From an uncultured Pseudomonadota bacterium (GTDB taxonomy: Bacteria; Myxococcota_A; Polyangia; Fen-1088), in NCBI GenBank assembly GCA_963847705.1, contig CAWKBC010000001.1, positions 32,001 through 96,000 of the forward strand: DNA of 64,000 nt. The letters are read 5' to 3'. Of the stretch, positions 40,312-49,655 are shown in pieces. How positions within the stretch are numbered: position 1 is the first letter of the stretch; each line of letters opens with the position of its first letter. The notes under the pieces are model-generated. The model ran no database searches, had not been told where the DNA came from, and was given only the letters and a program-made list of their open reading frames with translations. A program made the position numbers and the translations under genes.

Positions 40312-42666
40312 ATGGCGATCAAGGAATACCCACGGGGCGCGGCATTTTCGGGCGTCATCGGGCGCACCATCGGTGAGTCGGAGCCGGCCTGGCCCGAGCC
40401 GGTCCGGGCGAAGGCGGGGGCCTCGAACGTCCTCTTCATCGTTCTCGACGACACCGGGTACGGGCATCTCGGCTGTTACGGCTCGCCGATCCGCACGCCC
40501 AACCTCGACCGTCTGGCGGCCAATGGGCTGCGCTTCACCAACATGAACACCACGGCGCTCTGCTCGCCCAGCCGCTCCTGCATGCTGACCGGACGCAACC
40601 ACCACTCGAACGCCATGTCCTGCATCACCGAGGGGGCGACCGGCTACCCGGGCGGCAACGGCCTCATCCCCTTCGAGAACGGGTTCCTCTCGGAGATCTT
40701 GCTGGGGAGCGGCTACAACACCTTCGCGGTCGGCAAGTGGCACCTCACGCCGATCGAGCAGTCCAGCGCCGCCGGCCCCTACGACCGCTGGCCGCTCGGC
40801 CGCGGATTCGAGCGCTTCTACGGCTTCATGGGCGGCGACACGCATCAGTATTACCCGGACCTGGTCTACGACAACCACCAGGTGCCGGCCCCCAAGACGC
40901 CCGAGGAGGGCTACCACCTCACCGAGGATCTCGTCGATCGGGCGATCGAGTTCATCGCCGACAGCCGGCAGGTCGCCCCCGACAAGCCGTTCTTCCTCTA
41001 CTTCTGTCCCGGCGCCATGCACGCCCCCCACCATGTGCCGCGCGCCTGGGCCGACAGGTACAAGGGGCAGTTCGACGACGGCTGGGACTCCTACCGCGAG
41101 AAGGTGTTCCAGCGTCAGCTCGAGCTCGGCGTCGTCCCGGCGGGAACCAAGCTCTCGGCGCGCGATCCCGACGTGGTCGAATGGAAGGGGCTCCCCGCCG
41201 ACGAGAAGCGCCTCTACGCCCGGATGATGGAGGTGTTCGCCGGCTTCCTCGAGCACACCGATCATCACATCGGACGGCTGCTCGACTTCCTGGGCAAGAC
41301 CGGACAGCTCGACGACACGCTCATCATGCTGGTGAGCGACAACGGCGCCAGCGCCGAAGGGGGCCCGCACGGCTCGGTCAACGAGAACCTGTTCTTCAAC
41401 AACGTCCCGGAGACGGCCGCCGACGGCCTCGAGGCGATCGACGACCTCGGCGGACCGAACTGCTTCAACCACTACCCGTGGGGCTGGGCCTGGGCGGGGA
41501 ACACTCCGTTTCGCCGCTGGAAGCGCGAGACCTACCGCGGCGGCTCCAGCGATCCGTTCATCGTCCACTGGCCGAAGGGGATCAAGGCGCAGGGGGAGAT
41601 CCGCACCCAGTACGCGCACATCATCGACATGCTGCCGACGGTGCTGGGGGCGCTGGGCCTGGAGGCGCCGACGCAGATTCGCGGCGTGACGCAGTCACCG
41701 ATCCAGGGCGTCTCGTTCGCGCAGGCCTTCGATGACCCCAAGGTCCCCTCGCGCCACCACACCCAGTACTTCGAGATGATGGGGCACCGGTCCATCTATC
41801 ACGATGGCTGGCGCGCGGTCTGTCCGGTCCCGGGACCGTCGTTCACCGAGGCCGGGATGGACTTTGGCGAAATGGAGCTCACCGAAGAGAAGCTGCGCCA
41901 GCTCGACGAAAAAGGGTGGGAGCTTTACCACGTGGCCGAGGACTACGCGGAGACGCGCAACGTCGCCGGGCAGAACCGCGACAAGCTGATCGAGATGATC
42001 GCCACCTGGTACGCCGAGGCGGGCAAGTACAACGTGCTGCCGATCGACAGCCGGGGGGTGACCCGTCTCATCGAAGAGCGTCCGCAGCTGGCGCGGCCGC
42101 GCGATCTCTACGTCTACTACCCCGGCACCTCGTCGGTGGCCAACAAGATCGCGGCGCGGGTGCTCAACCGGCCGCACAGCATCACCGCGACGGTGGAGCT
42201 GGCCAACGGCGCCGAGGGGGTGCTGGTGGCCCAGGGGGGGAATTCCGGCGGCTACTCGCTCTACGTCAAGGACCACAAGCTGCACTACGCCTACAACTTC
42301 CTGGGCATCCAGCAGTACCACCTGACCAGCGACGCCACGCTCACCGACGGGCGCCACGAGCTCCGCTTCGAGTTCGAGCCGACCGGGAAACCGGACTTCG
42401 CCCACGGCAAGGGGACGCCGGCGCGCGCCCAGCTTTACGTCGACGGGAAGCTGGCGGGGCAGACGGACCTTCCCGTCACCATCCCGCTCGACATCGGGAT
42501 CACCGACGGCCTCACCTGCGGGCGCGACGACGGCTCGACGGTGACGACCGACTACCAGGCGCCGTTCGCCTTCAACGGAGCGCTGGAAAAGGTGGTCGTC
42601 GACATCTCCGGCGATCTCATCGAGGACCACGACGCCAAGCTGCGCGCCACGATGGCGCACCAGTAG
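40312..42666 (+). CDS. Arylsulfatase (type I, Cys-type)
   Basis: VLDDTGY, formylglycine motif CSPSRSCMLTGR, GKWH, SDNGAS; RBS GGAGG. Confidence 0.96.
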   Translation: MAIKEYPRGAAFSGVIGRTIGESEPAWPEPVRAKAGASNVLFIVLDDTGYGHLGCYGSPIRTPNLDRLAANGLRFTNMNTTALCSPSRSCMLTGRNHHSNAMSCITEGATGYPGGNGLIPFENGFLSEILLGSGYNTFAVGKWHLTPIEQSSAAGPYDRWPLGRGFERFYGFMGGDTHQYYPDLVYDNHQVPAPKTPEEGYHLTEDLVDRAIEFIADSRQVAPDKPFFLYFCPGAMHAPHHVPRAWADRYKGQFDDGWDSYREKVFQRQLELGVVPAGTKLSARDPDVVEWKGLPADEKRLYARMMEVFAGFLEHTDHHIGRLLDFLGKTGQLDDTLIMLVSDNGASAEGGPHGSVNENLFFNNVPETAADGLEAIDDLGGPNCFNHYPWGWAWAGNTPFRRWKRETYRGGSSDPFIVHWPKGIKAQGEIRTQYAHIIDMLPTVLGALGLEAPTQIRGVTQSPIQGVSFAQAFDDPKVPSRHHTQYFEMMGHRSIYHDGWRAVCPVPGPSFTEAGMDFGEMELTEEKLRQLDEKGWELYHVAEDYAETRNVAGQNRDKLIEMIATWYAEAGKYNVLPIDSRGVTRLIEERPQLARPRDLYVYYPGTSSVANKIAARVLNRPHSITATVELANGAEGVLVAQGGNSGGYSLYVKDHKLHYAYNFLGIQQYHLTSDATLTDGRHELRFEFEPTGKPDFAHGKGTPARAQLYVDGKLAGQTDLPVTIPLDIGITDGLTCGRDDGSTVTTDYQAPFAFNGALEKVVVDISGDLIEDHDAKLRATMAHQ

Positions 42667-42693
42667 ACCGCGGGCCGGGCCCCTTCGCCGTGA

Positions 42694-42812
42694 ACGCGCA
42701 GCGACCGTTTGCGCGCAGCGACCGTTTGCGCGCAGCGACCGTTTGCGCGCAGCTACCGTTTGCACACAGTTACCGTTTGCGCGCAGCCACCGTTTGCGCG
42801 CAGCTACCGTTT
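42694..42812. repeat. Tandem repeat of 17-bp unit GCGCGCAGCGACCGTTT x7
   Basis: Counted directly. The last unit contains the stop codon (42804-42806) of the convergent AKR gene. Confidence 0.95.
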
Positions 42813-43655
42813 GAACGTGTCGTAGTCGCGGGCGTGGGGCGCGATCCGCTGCTCCAGCGCGCGCCGCTCGCTCTCGGCCATCGGCACGAAGGCGTGCGCG
42901 ACCGCCAGGTTCTCCTGGACCTCGGCGATCGTCGAACAGCCGATGATGACCGTGTCCGCGAGCGAGGCCGCGTACCGGATGAGCTCGTCCGCGCGCGCCT
43001 CGTCCAGCAGCGGACCGGCCGCCATCACCTTCATCCCCACCACGCCGATCCCCTGGCGGCGCGCCTCGGCCAGCACCGTCGGCGCGAACGGTCGGCGGTG
43101 CGGATCTGCGGGGTTCACCGGCAACAGCACGCTGTCGAAGGAAAACCGCCGCATCGCCTGGAGGAGGATGTCGGGATCGTGGTGGCCGGTGAGGCCGATG
43201 AACCGGACCCGGCCGTCGGCCTGCGCCTGGCGCGCGGCCTCGATGGCGCCGTTCCGGCCGAAGAGGACCTCCAGCTCTCTCGCGTGCCGGAGATCGTGCA
43301 TCTGCCACAGGTCGAGCCGATCGGTGCCGAGCCGTCGCAGCGAGTCGTCGAGCAGGCGCAGCGCCCCTTCGCGCGTGCGCTCGTGGGTCTTCGACGCCAG
43401 GAACACCCGGTCGCGCGCGCCGGGCCCGGCCTCGCGGAACGCCTGGCCGTAGTAGTCCTGGCTCTGCTGGTAGGCGGGCGCCGTGTCGCAGTAGCGCACG
43501 CCCAGCCGAAGCGCTTCCAGGATCACGGGGACCGCCTCCTTGGCCCGACCGGTGGTGCGCAGGATCCCTTCGCCGCCGAGCGACACCGCCAGCACCGGCG
43601 CGCCCGTGCGACCGAGCGTCCGGGGGTCTGTCGTCGGGGGCGCCGCCGGCGTCAT
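42804..43655 (-). CDS. Aldo/keto reductase
   Basis: RTLGRTG, DTAPAY, FLASKT, SLRRLGTDRLDLWQMH, GMK. ATGA overlap with the upstream oxygenase. Confidence 0.93.
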   Translation of the reverse strand: MTPAAPPTTDPRTLGRTGAPVLAVSLGGEGILRTTGRAKEAVPVILEALRLGVRYCDTAPAYQQSQDYYGQAFREAGPGARDRVFLASKTHERTREGALRLLDDSLRRLGTDRLDLWQMHDLRHARELEVLFGRNGAIEAARQAQADGRVRFIGLTGHHDPDILLQAMRRFSFDSVLLPVNPADPHRRPFAPTVLAEARRQGIGVVGMKVMAAGPLLDEARADELIRYAASLADTVIIGCSTIAEVQENLAVAHAFVPMAESERRALEQRIAPHARDYDTFKR

Positions 43656-44287
43656 CGCGTCCGGAACCATCCCGCGATGCTCCAGCGCTCCCGGGTGGCC
43701 TGTTTCGCTTCGTGCGGCGTCTCGTCGCTCATGAACAGCACCAGGGTCCCCCCGTCCGGGGCCAGCGTCAGCCGGGGGACGTTGTGCGCGTCATAGATGA
43801 TCAGCTCCCCGCCCGCGTCGGCGGGCCAGTCGGCGTTGAGGTAGATCACCGCCGAGACGACCCTGGCGTTGGAGTGACGATGGCGATCGACGTGGGTCCC
43901 GTAGCCCGCGCCGATCGGATAGCGGGCGTACTGGGCCTCGAACGAATCGAGCCCCAGAAAGAGGTCGCGGTTGAGCGAGACCCGCAGCTCTTCCATCCAG
44001 CGCATGAAGCTTCCGCCTCCCGGCATGCTCGTGTCGAGCCAGCAGACGGAGCTGCCGCGGATGGGGCTCTCCCGCAGCGCTCCGTCGACGCAGTCCTCGC
44101 CACGACCGACGCGCGCCGCGGAGAACGCATCGCCGGCGAACAGCTGCTCGGCCTCGCTCCGCAGCGCCAGCCAGCCGGCGCTTCCGTCTCGGCCGCTTTC
44201 GGGCAGCGCTCCCGGCAACACGACGTAGCCGTGCTTGCTCAATGCCTGAGCTGCAGGCCCCCAGTCGCTCACCCCGTACGCCGACAC
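43652..44287 (-). CDS. 2OG-Fe(II) oxygenase (prolyl-hydroxylase-like)
   Basis: HVD, YLNADW, GGEL, PHE and RWSIAGWF motifs. Confidence 0.9.
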   Translation of the reverse strand: MSAYGVSDWGPAAQALSKHGYVVLPGALPESGRDGSAGWLALRSEAEQLFAGDAFSAARVGRGEDCVDGALRESPIRGSSVCWLDTSMPGGGSFMRWMEELRVSLNRDLFLGLDSFEAQYARYPIGAGYGTHVDRHRHSNARVVSAVIYLNADWPADAGGELIIYDAHNVPRLTLAPDGGTLVLFMSDETPHEAKQATRERWSIAGWFRTR

Positions 44288-44370
44288 CGACCGAGCATAC
44301 CGTAAGGACAGTCCCGCAAATGCGCGCCGGGTCCTGGTCGCGCGCGCGGATCGGTCTAAGGCTCATCCTC

Positions 44371-45261
44371 ATGCGTGCGCGAACTCTGGTGGGGACCCTG
44401 GTGGCCGCTGGTCTGCTCCTCTCGGCTGCGTCGCGGGCGCTCGGGGACGAGCCGGTCTCGCCGATCGCGCCCGTCGAGACGACCACGGTGGAGGCGCCGC
44501 CCCCCGTCGAGCCGCCGCCCTCCAAGCCGATCCCCGAGCTCGACGAGCGCACGGCCTACATGGTCGGGAAGCACACGCTGAAGCTCGGCATCTTGGCCTT
44601 CGAGTACGGGATCCTGCAGCAGCTCTCGATCGGCACCGACCCCCCTTCCTGGGCGCTGCGGGCGATCACCAGCATCCTGGTCCCCAACCTCCACCTGAAA
44701 TGTCAGCTCCTGGATCGCGGTCCGGTGGCGGTCGCGGTCCTGGCCGCGGGCTACTACGCGACCATCAGCAAATCGAACTTCAGCGGCAACCTGCTGAACA
44801 TCCCTCTCTCGGTGTTCGTCTCGGTGAAGGTCCACCCGCGGATCACGCTGCACGCGGAGGGGGCCTACGTCTACGCGCGCGTCTTCGGGACCGGCGACGT
44901 CACCCAGGCGAGCCTGGACGGCGCGGGCGTGGGGCGGGCGGGCCAGGTGGGCCTGATGGTTCAGTACCGGGTGACGCGGATCTTTTCTCTCACCGCCACC
45001 GGGCGCTACCAGTTCTACCTCGCCGACGTGCCGCTGAGCGGCACCACGACGATCGACGCCTTCACGACGGGAAGCTTGAGCGGACAGTACGTCCCGGCCG
45101 TGCAGCACCCCTGGGAGGCGATCGGGGGAGTCGCCTTCCTGTGGCACTACTTCCACCTGATCCTGGGGGCGGGGTACGGGAACTACTTCGTTCCGGGGCT
45201 CGACATCGCCAACCCGAAAAAGACGTTCGTGCCTGACGCCAGCATCGCGGTGGTGCTGTGA
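44371..45261 (+). CDS. Secreted/outer-membrane hypothetical protein
   Basis: Signal peptide followed by amphipathic beta-strand-like sequence. Confidence 0.7.
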   Translation: MRARTLVGTLVAAGLLLSAASRALGDEPVSPIAPVETTTVEAPPPVEPPPSKPIPELDERTAYMVGKHTLKLGILAFEYGILQQLSIGTDPPSWALRAITSILVPNLHLKCQLLDRGPVAVAVLAAGYYATISKSNFSGNLLNIPLSVFVSVKVHPRITLHAEGAYVYARVFGTGDVTQASLDGAGVGRAGQVGLMVQYRVTRIFSLTATGRYQFYLADVPLSGTTTIDAFTTGSLSGQYVPAVQHPWEAIGGVAFLWHYFHLILGAGYGNYFVPGLDIANPKKTFVPDASIAVVL

Positions 45262-46097
45262 AGTCTCCACGCCGGGACCTCGTTGCGCGCGGCGCAGCGA
45301 TCGCGCTGGGGGCGGTCGCGCTCGGCTGCGGGCCGGGGACCATCACCCTGCCGACCCCTCCGATGGAGGCAGAGACGGCGGCGCTGGTGATGACGTACCA
45401 GATGCCGACTGCAAACCTCGACACCGGCAACATCGATCAAGTGCGCGCCGACGCGCAGACCCGCCTCGCCCAGCTGAACCTCGACTGGCTGCCCGATCTG
45501 CTCTCCCAGGCGCTGGTCCAGCTTCGGTCCCGCCTCGACGCCGCCGGTCTCCCCGACGATCCGACCACCACGCCCGATTCACGCCGGGGGCAGCTCACGG
45601 CCGTCGCCACCATCACCCGCATCTGCGCCGGGTGGAGCGATCCGGCTGGTCCGCCCGATCAGGCCGCGAATGGCTCCGTCGAGGTGACCGCCATCGCCGA
45701 CACCGGCAAGCTCAACCCGGAGATCTGGGGAACGGCGACCTCCTGTCTGACGCGCTTCCCGCCCGCCGGCAGCACGGGCGCCGTCGCCTCGGCCACCTCC
45801 ACCGTCGTGAACGCCACCCTCGACGGCACCCTGATCCTCTACTCCCTGGGCCCGCTGCCCAAAGACACCTCCGAGGCGCAACTTCTGGTCGTCTTCAGCG
45901 GATCGATCGGCGTCGGCGCTCAGGTCGGCTCGGCCTCGTTCGACTTCGAGATCCAGATGTCTCAGGTCAGGTTCAGAGTCCCGGTCGCCAGCGGCGGCGA
46001 TGCGATCGTCACCGTCGGCACCACCCTCGGCATCCAGGGCGCGAACGCCGGCTTCTCCTGCGATCTGACGACCCTCACCTGCCAGCAGACCAGCTAG
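45258..46097 (+). CDS. Hypothetical lipoprotein
   Basis: Lipobox ALGC; GTGA overlap with the upstream gene; hairpin GCCGCC-CAATTA-GGCGGC follows. Confidence 0.75.
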   Translation: MKSPRRDLVARGAAIALGAVALGCGPGTITLPTPPMEAETAALVMTYQMPTANLDTGNIDQVRADAQTRLAQLNLDWLPDLLSQALVQLRSRLDAAGLPDDPTTTPDSRRGQLTAVATITRICAGWSDPAGPPDQAANGSVEVTAIADTGKLNPEIWGTATSCLTRFPPAGSTGAVASATSTVVNATLDGTLILYSLGPLPKDTSEAQLLVVFSGSIGVGAQVGSASFDFEIQMSQVRFRVPVASGGDAIVTVGTTLGIQGANAGFSCDLTTLTCQQTS

Positions 46098-46353
46098 AGA
46101 GCCGCCCAATTAGGCGGCCCTAAATTGATCCGGTCTCTAGGCGAGGCGCCGGCGCTGGTCGAAGCTGGTCCGCGCGTCGTGGAGATCGGCGGAATTCCAG
46201 CGCGCTGGAGGACGGTATCCATCGTTGTAACGAGGCCGACAGTCTTCAGCGCTTCGAACGCCGAAAGCCTTGACGTTTGCGAAACGACGCCCGAGTTTCA
46301 GAACGGCGCGCTTGCCTTCACCGACGGTGCTTCTAGAGTGGGTGGGCAAGATC

Positions 46354-47769
46354 ATGGTCGGTTGGCTGGGAAGAAGGACTGAGCCGCGGGTTGGCTTTCG
46401 ACGCGAGGTCCGCGTGATCTGGCCAGGCCAGCTGCAGAGCGTGGTCGCGCGCGCCGTCAACCTGTCGCCGACGGGGATTCTCGTCGACGCCCCCACGCCC
46501 GAGCCCTGCCCGGTCGGAATCCCCCATCGTGTGCGACGTCGCGCTGCCGCGCGGGTCGCTCCGGCTTCGCGGCCGCGTCGCGCACCATCGGGTCTTGTCG
46601 CCCGCGAAGGTCGGGATGGGGATCGCCTTCATCGACCTGTCACCGCACATGGTGGCCGAGCTGCGCGACGTGGTGGACGAGAGCGACGAGAAGGCCCAGC
46701 TCGTCAAGCTGCGCTTCGCCGGCAAGAGTCAGTTGATCTGCACGCGCGCCTTGCCGACGGCCGAGGGCTTTCAGTTCACGTCGGCCTTGCCCTTCCTGCG
46801 CGCGGACACGGAGGTCGAATCTCCCTCTCCCCGGAGGCGGGCCTCGCCACCAAAGGGTGGGTCTCGTCGGTCGTGCTCGGTCCCGCGCAGGAGGACGGCA
46901 TCCCGCGCCTGGTGATCGACATTCGCGCGGGTGAGAGCGCCGCGCCACGCCTTGCGCCCGACGCGGCTGTCTCCGGCGAAGTGGAGTCGGCTGTCGCGTC
47001 GTCGGTGGTGGGAGCCGTGCCCGAGCGGGTCTGGGAGCCCTGGGATTTCAACCCGGACAACGAGGCGGTCCAGACCGACGCGCCGGAGAATGCGGACGAC
47101 GTCACGACGCCGGTGCGCGACGACCCGGACAAGACGGAGATCATCCGGTTCAGCGATCTCGAGCGTCCGGGCCGCCCGCGCGCAGCCGCCAGGGTCCGAT
47201 CGATGGCGCTGACGGCCTCCGCGGTGGCCGTGGCCGCGATTGCCGTCGGAGTCGCCATTCGCTTCAGGCCTCCGCGTGCCGCCGTCCGTCCGGTGACGGC
47301 GCCGGTGATCGTCATGATGCCGCCGGCGGCGCCCGTCGCGCCCGTCGCGGCGGCAACGCCGCCGATCGCGGATCCGCCTCCCACGGTCGCCCCCACGGTC
47401 GCCCCGATCGTCAAACCGATCCTCGCGCAGGCCGCGGAACCGACGGCGGAGCCGACCGCCGGCGACGAGCCGGTCCCGGGCGACGAGCCTCCCGACGGCT
47501 CGAATGAATTCGCGGTTGGGCTCACCGGCTCGCTGAAGGGGGCGCACAAGTACGCGCTGCATGCGCCCGACGGCGTCGCCTTCAACCTTCCCCACGCGCA
47601 GGCCACCATGAAGGTGGGGACCTACCGTCCCGCCGTCAGAGGCCTGCGCGCCGTCTGGGTGCGCGACCTCGCGGGCGGCGGCACCCACCTCCGCTTCTTC
47701 TACACCAAGTCTCGCCCCGCTCCGGAGGTCCGTCTCCACTCCGACGGCGTCCGCGTCGTCGCCCGCTGA
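46354..47769 (+). CDS. PilZ-domain membrane protein with two compensating frameshifts (46517 and 46817)
   Basis: RRTEPR and NLSPTG PilZ motifs. The PilZ continuation (LRGRVAH...GMGIAFIDL) lies in the +1 frame between 46517 and 46821, followed by a TM helix and a periplasmic domain. Confidence 0.75.
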   Translation: MVGWLGRRTEPRVGFRREVRVIWPGQLQSVVARAVNLSPTGILVDAPTPEPCPVGIPHRVRRRAAARVAPASRPRRAPSGLVAREGRDGDRLHRPVTAHGGRAARRGGRERREGPARQAALRRQESVDLHARLADGRGLSVHVGLALPARGHGGRISLSPEAGLATKGWVSSVVLGPAQEDGIPRLVIDIRAGESAAPRLAPDAAVSGEVESAVASSVVGAVPERVWEPWDFNPDNEAVQTDAPENADDVTTPVRDDPDKTEIIRFSDLERPGRPRAAARVRSMALTASAVAVAAIAVGVAIRFRPPRAAVRPVTAPVIVMMPPAAPVAPVAAATPPIADPPPTVAPTVAPIVKPILAQAAEPTAEPTAGDEPVPGDEPPDGSNEFAVGLTGSLKGAHKYALHAPDGVAFNLPHAQATMKVGTYRPAVRGLRAVWVRDLAGGGTHLRFFYTKSRPAPEVRLHSDGVRVVAR

Positions 47770-47936
47770 GCGGCTTCAGGCAGCGAGCCTGGAGCTGATG
47801 GAGCCGATCGGATGAGGAGACGCCTCTCATGAGGGCGACGCTCCCTCTCGCACCCACCGCTGAACGGCAGTATCGTCGGTCGGACAAAATCAAGCGGGCG
47901 TTCGAACCACCCTCGCCACGTCCCGCAAGATCACTG

Positions 47937-48881
47937 ATGCCACTCGCTCAACCCAGCGCACTCTTCGAAAAACTGGACGGCGGACTGACCGGAATTCGGC
48001 TCTACGGAATCGCGCCGCCGAAGTTGGCCTCGGACCCCGAGCAGCTGCGTGAGATCGCGGCTCAGCAGGTTGCCCGGCTTCGTCTCCTCGCACCGGAAGG
48101 CCTGGTCGTCTATGACATCCAGGACGAGCCGGGGCCTGCTGGTCAGGTACGCCCCTTCCCGTTCTTGCCCACCGTCGACCCCGAGGTTTACGCGCATGAC
48201 GCGCTTGCCGAGCTCGCGATTCCGAAGATCGTGTATCGATCCGTGGGAGCGCATTCGCGCCAAGGGTTCTCCAGCTGGATCGACACGGTGCGGGCAGCGA
48301 CCGACCGGCGCCTGAGCGTCTTTGTCGGCGCACCCCGTGGCCGGTCGCCCAGCCCGGGTCTGTCGCTGACCGAGGCATATGTGCTGGCGCGCGATTGTCC
48401 GAACCTGGTCCTTGGTGCAATCGCCATCGCCGAGCGACACGGCGCCAAAGGAGATGAACACCAGCGGATGCTCGCCAAGCAGGACCAGGGGTGCCGCTTC
48501 TTCATCACGCAATCGGTCTACGATGCCGCTTCCACCAAGTCGTTGCTGTCCGATTACGCACTGTCCCTGCAGGCGTCCGGGCGCTCGCCCGCCCCTCTCG
48601 TGCTGACGTTCTCGCCCTGCGGCTCGGTGCGCACGCTCGAGTTCATGAAGTGGCTCGGCATCTCGTTTCCGCGATGGCTGGAGAACGAGCTGCGCCATTC
48701 TGCCGACACGCTGGAGCGCTCCGTCGACCTGTGTGAGAGCGTGTTCGCCGACGTGCAGGACTACGCCCGCGAAAAGCGTCTGCCAATCGGCATCAACGTC
48801 GAGAGCGTCTCCATCCGAAAGTCGGAGATCGACGCCTCCGTTGAGCTCTATCGGCGGTTGAGCGCGCGTCTCGCGGGGTAG
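47937..48881 (+). CDS. Methylenetetrahydrofolate reductase-like protein
   Basis: YDIQDE, RPFPFLPTVDP, AIAERH, GCRFFITQSVYD, LEFMKWLGI, NVESVS. Confidence 0.8.
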   Translation: MPLAQPSALFEKLDGGLTGIRLYGIAPPKLASDPEQLREIAAQQVARLRLLAPEGLVVYDIQDEPGPAGQVRPFPFLPTVDPEVYAHDALAELAIPKIVYRSVGAHSRQGFSSWIDTVRAATDRRLSVFVGAPRGRSPSPGLSLTEAYVLARDCPNLVLGAIAIAERHGAKGDEHQRMLAKQDQGCRFFITQSVYDAASTKSLLSDYALSLQASGRSPAPLVLTFSPCGSVRTLEFMKWLGISFPRWLENELRHSADTLERSVDLCESVFADVQDYAREKRLPIGINVESVSIRKSEIDASVELYRRLSARLAG

Positions 48882-48952
48882 GCCAACGGGTCCATCAAAA
48901 AAACGGCAGGCCGGGTGACGGTGGTGCGTGCGTGTTAGAGTCAGTGACCAAG

Positions 48953-48975
48953 AAACCATAGTGATTTTATGTGGT
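48953..48975. promoter_or_regulatory. AT-rich imperfect inverted repeat, possible operator
   Basis: AACCA-TAGTGATTTTATG-TGGTT upstream of the DHFR-like/YciI pair. Confidence 0.3.
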
Positions 48976-49057
48976 TACGGGCGTGAGCTTTTTTTCGCGA
49001 TGGTTAGTCGATCGCTCGGAAGTCCATTCGTCGCCAATGTGAAAGGACGGACTGAAC

Positions 49058-49627
49058 ATGCGCAACATCATCTCGCTCGCTCACATTTCTCTGGATGGCT
49101 TCATGGCGGGTCCCCGCGGGGACATGGACTTCGTCGTCTTCAACAAGGAGCTCGCCGATCACACCTATCCGCTGTTCGAGAAGGTCGACCTCGCCGTCTA
49201 CGGACGCGTCACGTACGACATGATGGAGGGCTACTGGCCCACCGCGGGGGACGCGCCCGATGCCGACGCGCACGCGAAGAGTCACGCGCGTTGGTACGCG
49301 GGCGTGAAGAAGCTGGTCGCGTCTCGCACGCTGACGGCGTCGAAGAAGCCGAACGTGCGCGTGGTCGGCGATGACCTCTTCGGCGCGCTCCGCGCCGAGA
49401 AGCAGAAGGCCGGTGGCGACATCATGATCTTCGGCAGCCCGACCCTCACGCGCGCGCTGGCGGCGGCGGATCTCGTCGACGAGTGGCGGCTCACCCTGCA
49501 GCCGGTGATCCTCGGTGACGGGCTGCCGCTGTTCGGGAAGCGCGAGACCCGCGCGCGGCTCGAGCTTCGCTCCTCGAAGACGTTCGGCACCGGCGTCATC
49601 GCGGCACACTACGTAACGAAGCGCTGA
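49058..49627 (+). CDS. Dihydrofolate reductase / RibD C-terminal family protein
   Basis: ISLDGF, GRVTY, FGSPTL, LVDEWRL..PVILGDG.PLF. Confidence 0.92.
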   Translation: MRNIISLAHISLDGFMAGPRGDMDFVVFNKELADHTYPLFEKVDLAVYGRVTYDMMEGYWPTAGDAPDADAHAKSHARWYAGVKKLVASRTLTASKKPNVRVVGDDLFGALRAEKQKAGGDIMIFGSPTLTRALAAADLVDEWRLTLQPVILGDGLPLFGKRETRARLELRSSKTFGTGVIAAHYVTKR

Positions 49628-49655
49628 CGCGCGTGCTCGCCGCCGGAGGTACGAC

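Noticed and set aside
46517-46821. Programmed frameshifting or dual coding in the PilZ gene
   Set aside because: No slippery heptamer was seen, and the bypass frame is Arg-rich nonsense. Paired indels at GAATC are better explained as sequence errors.
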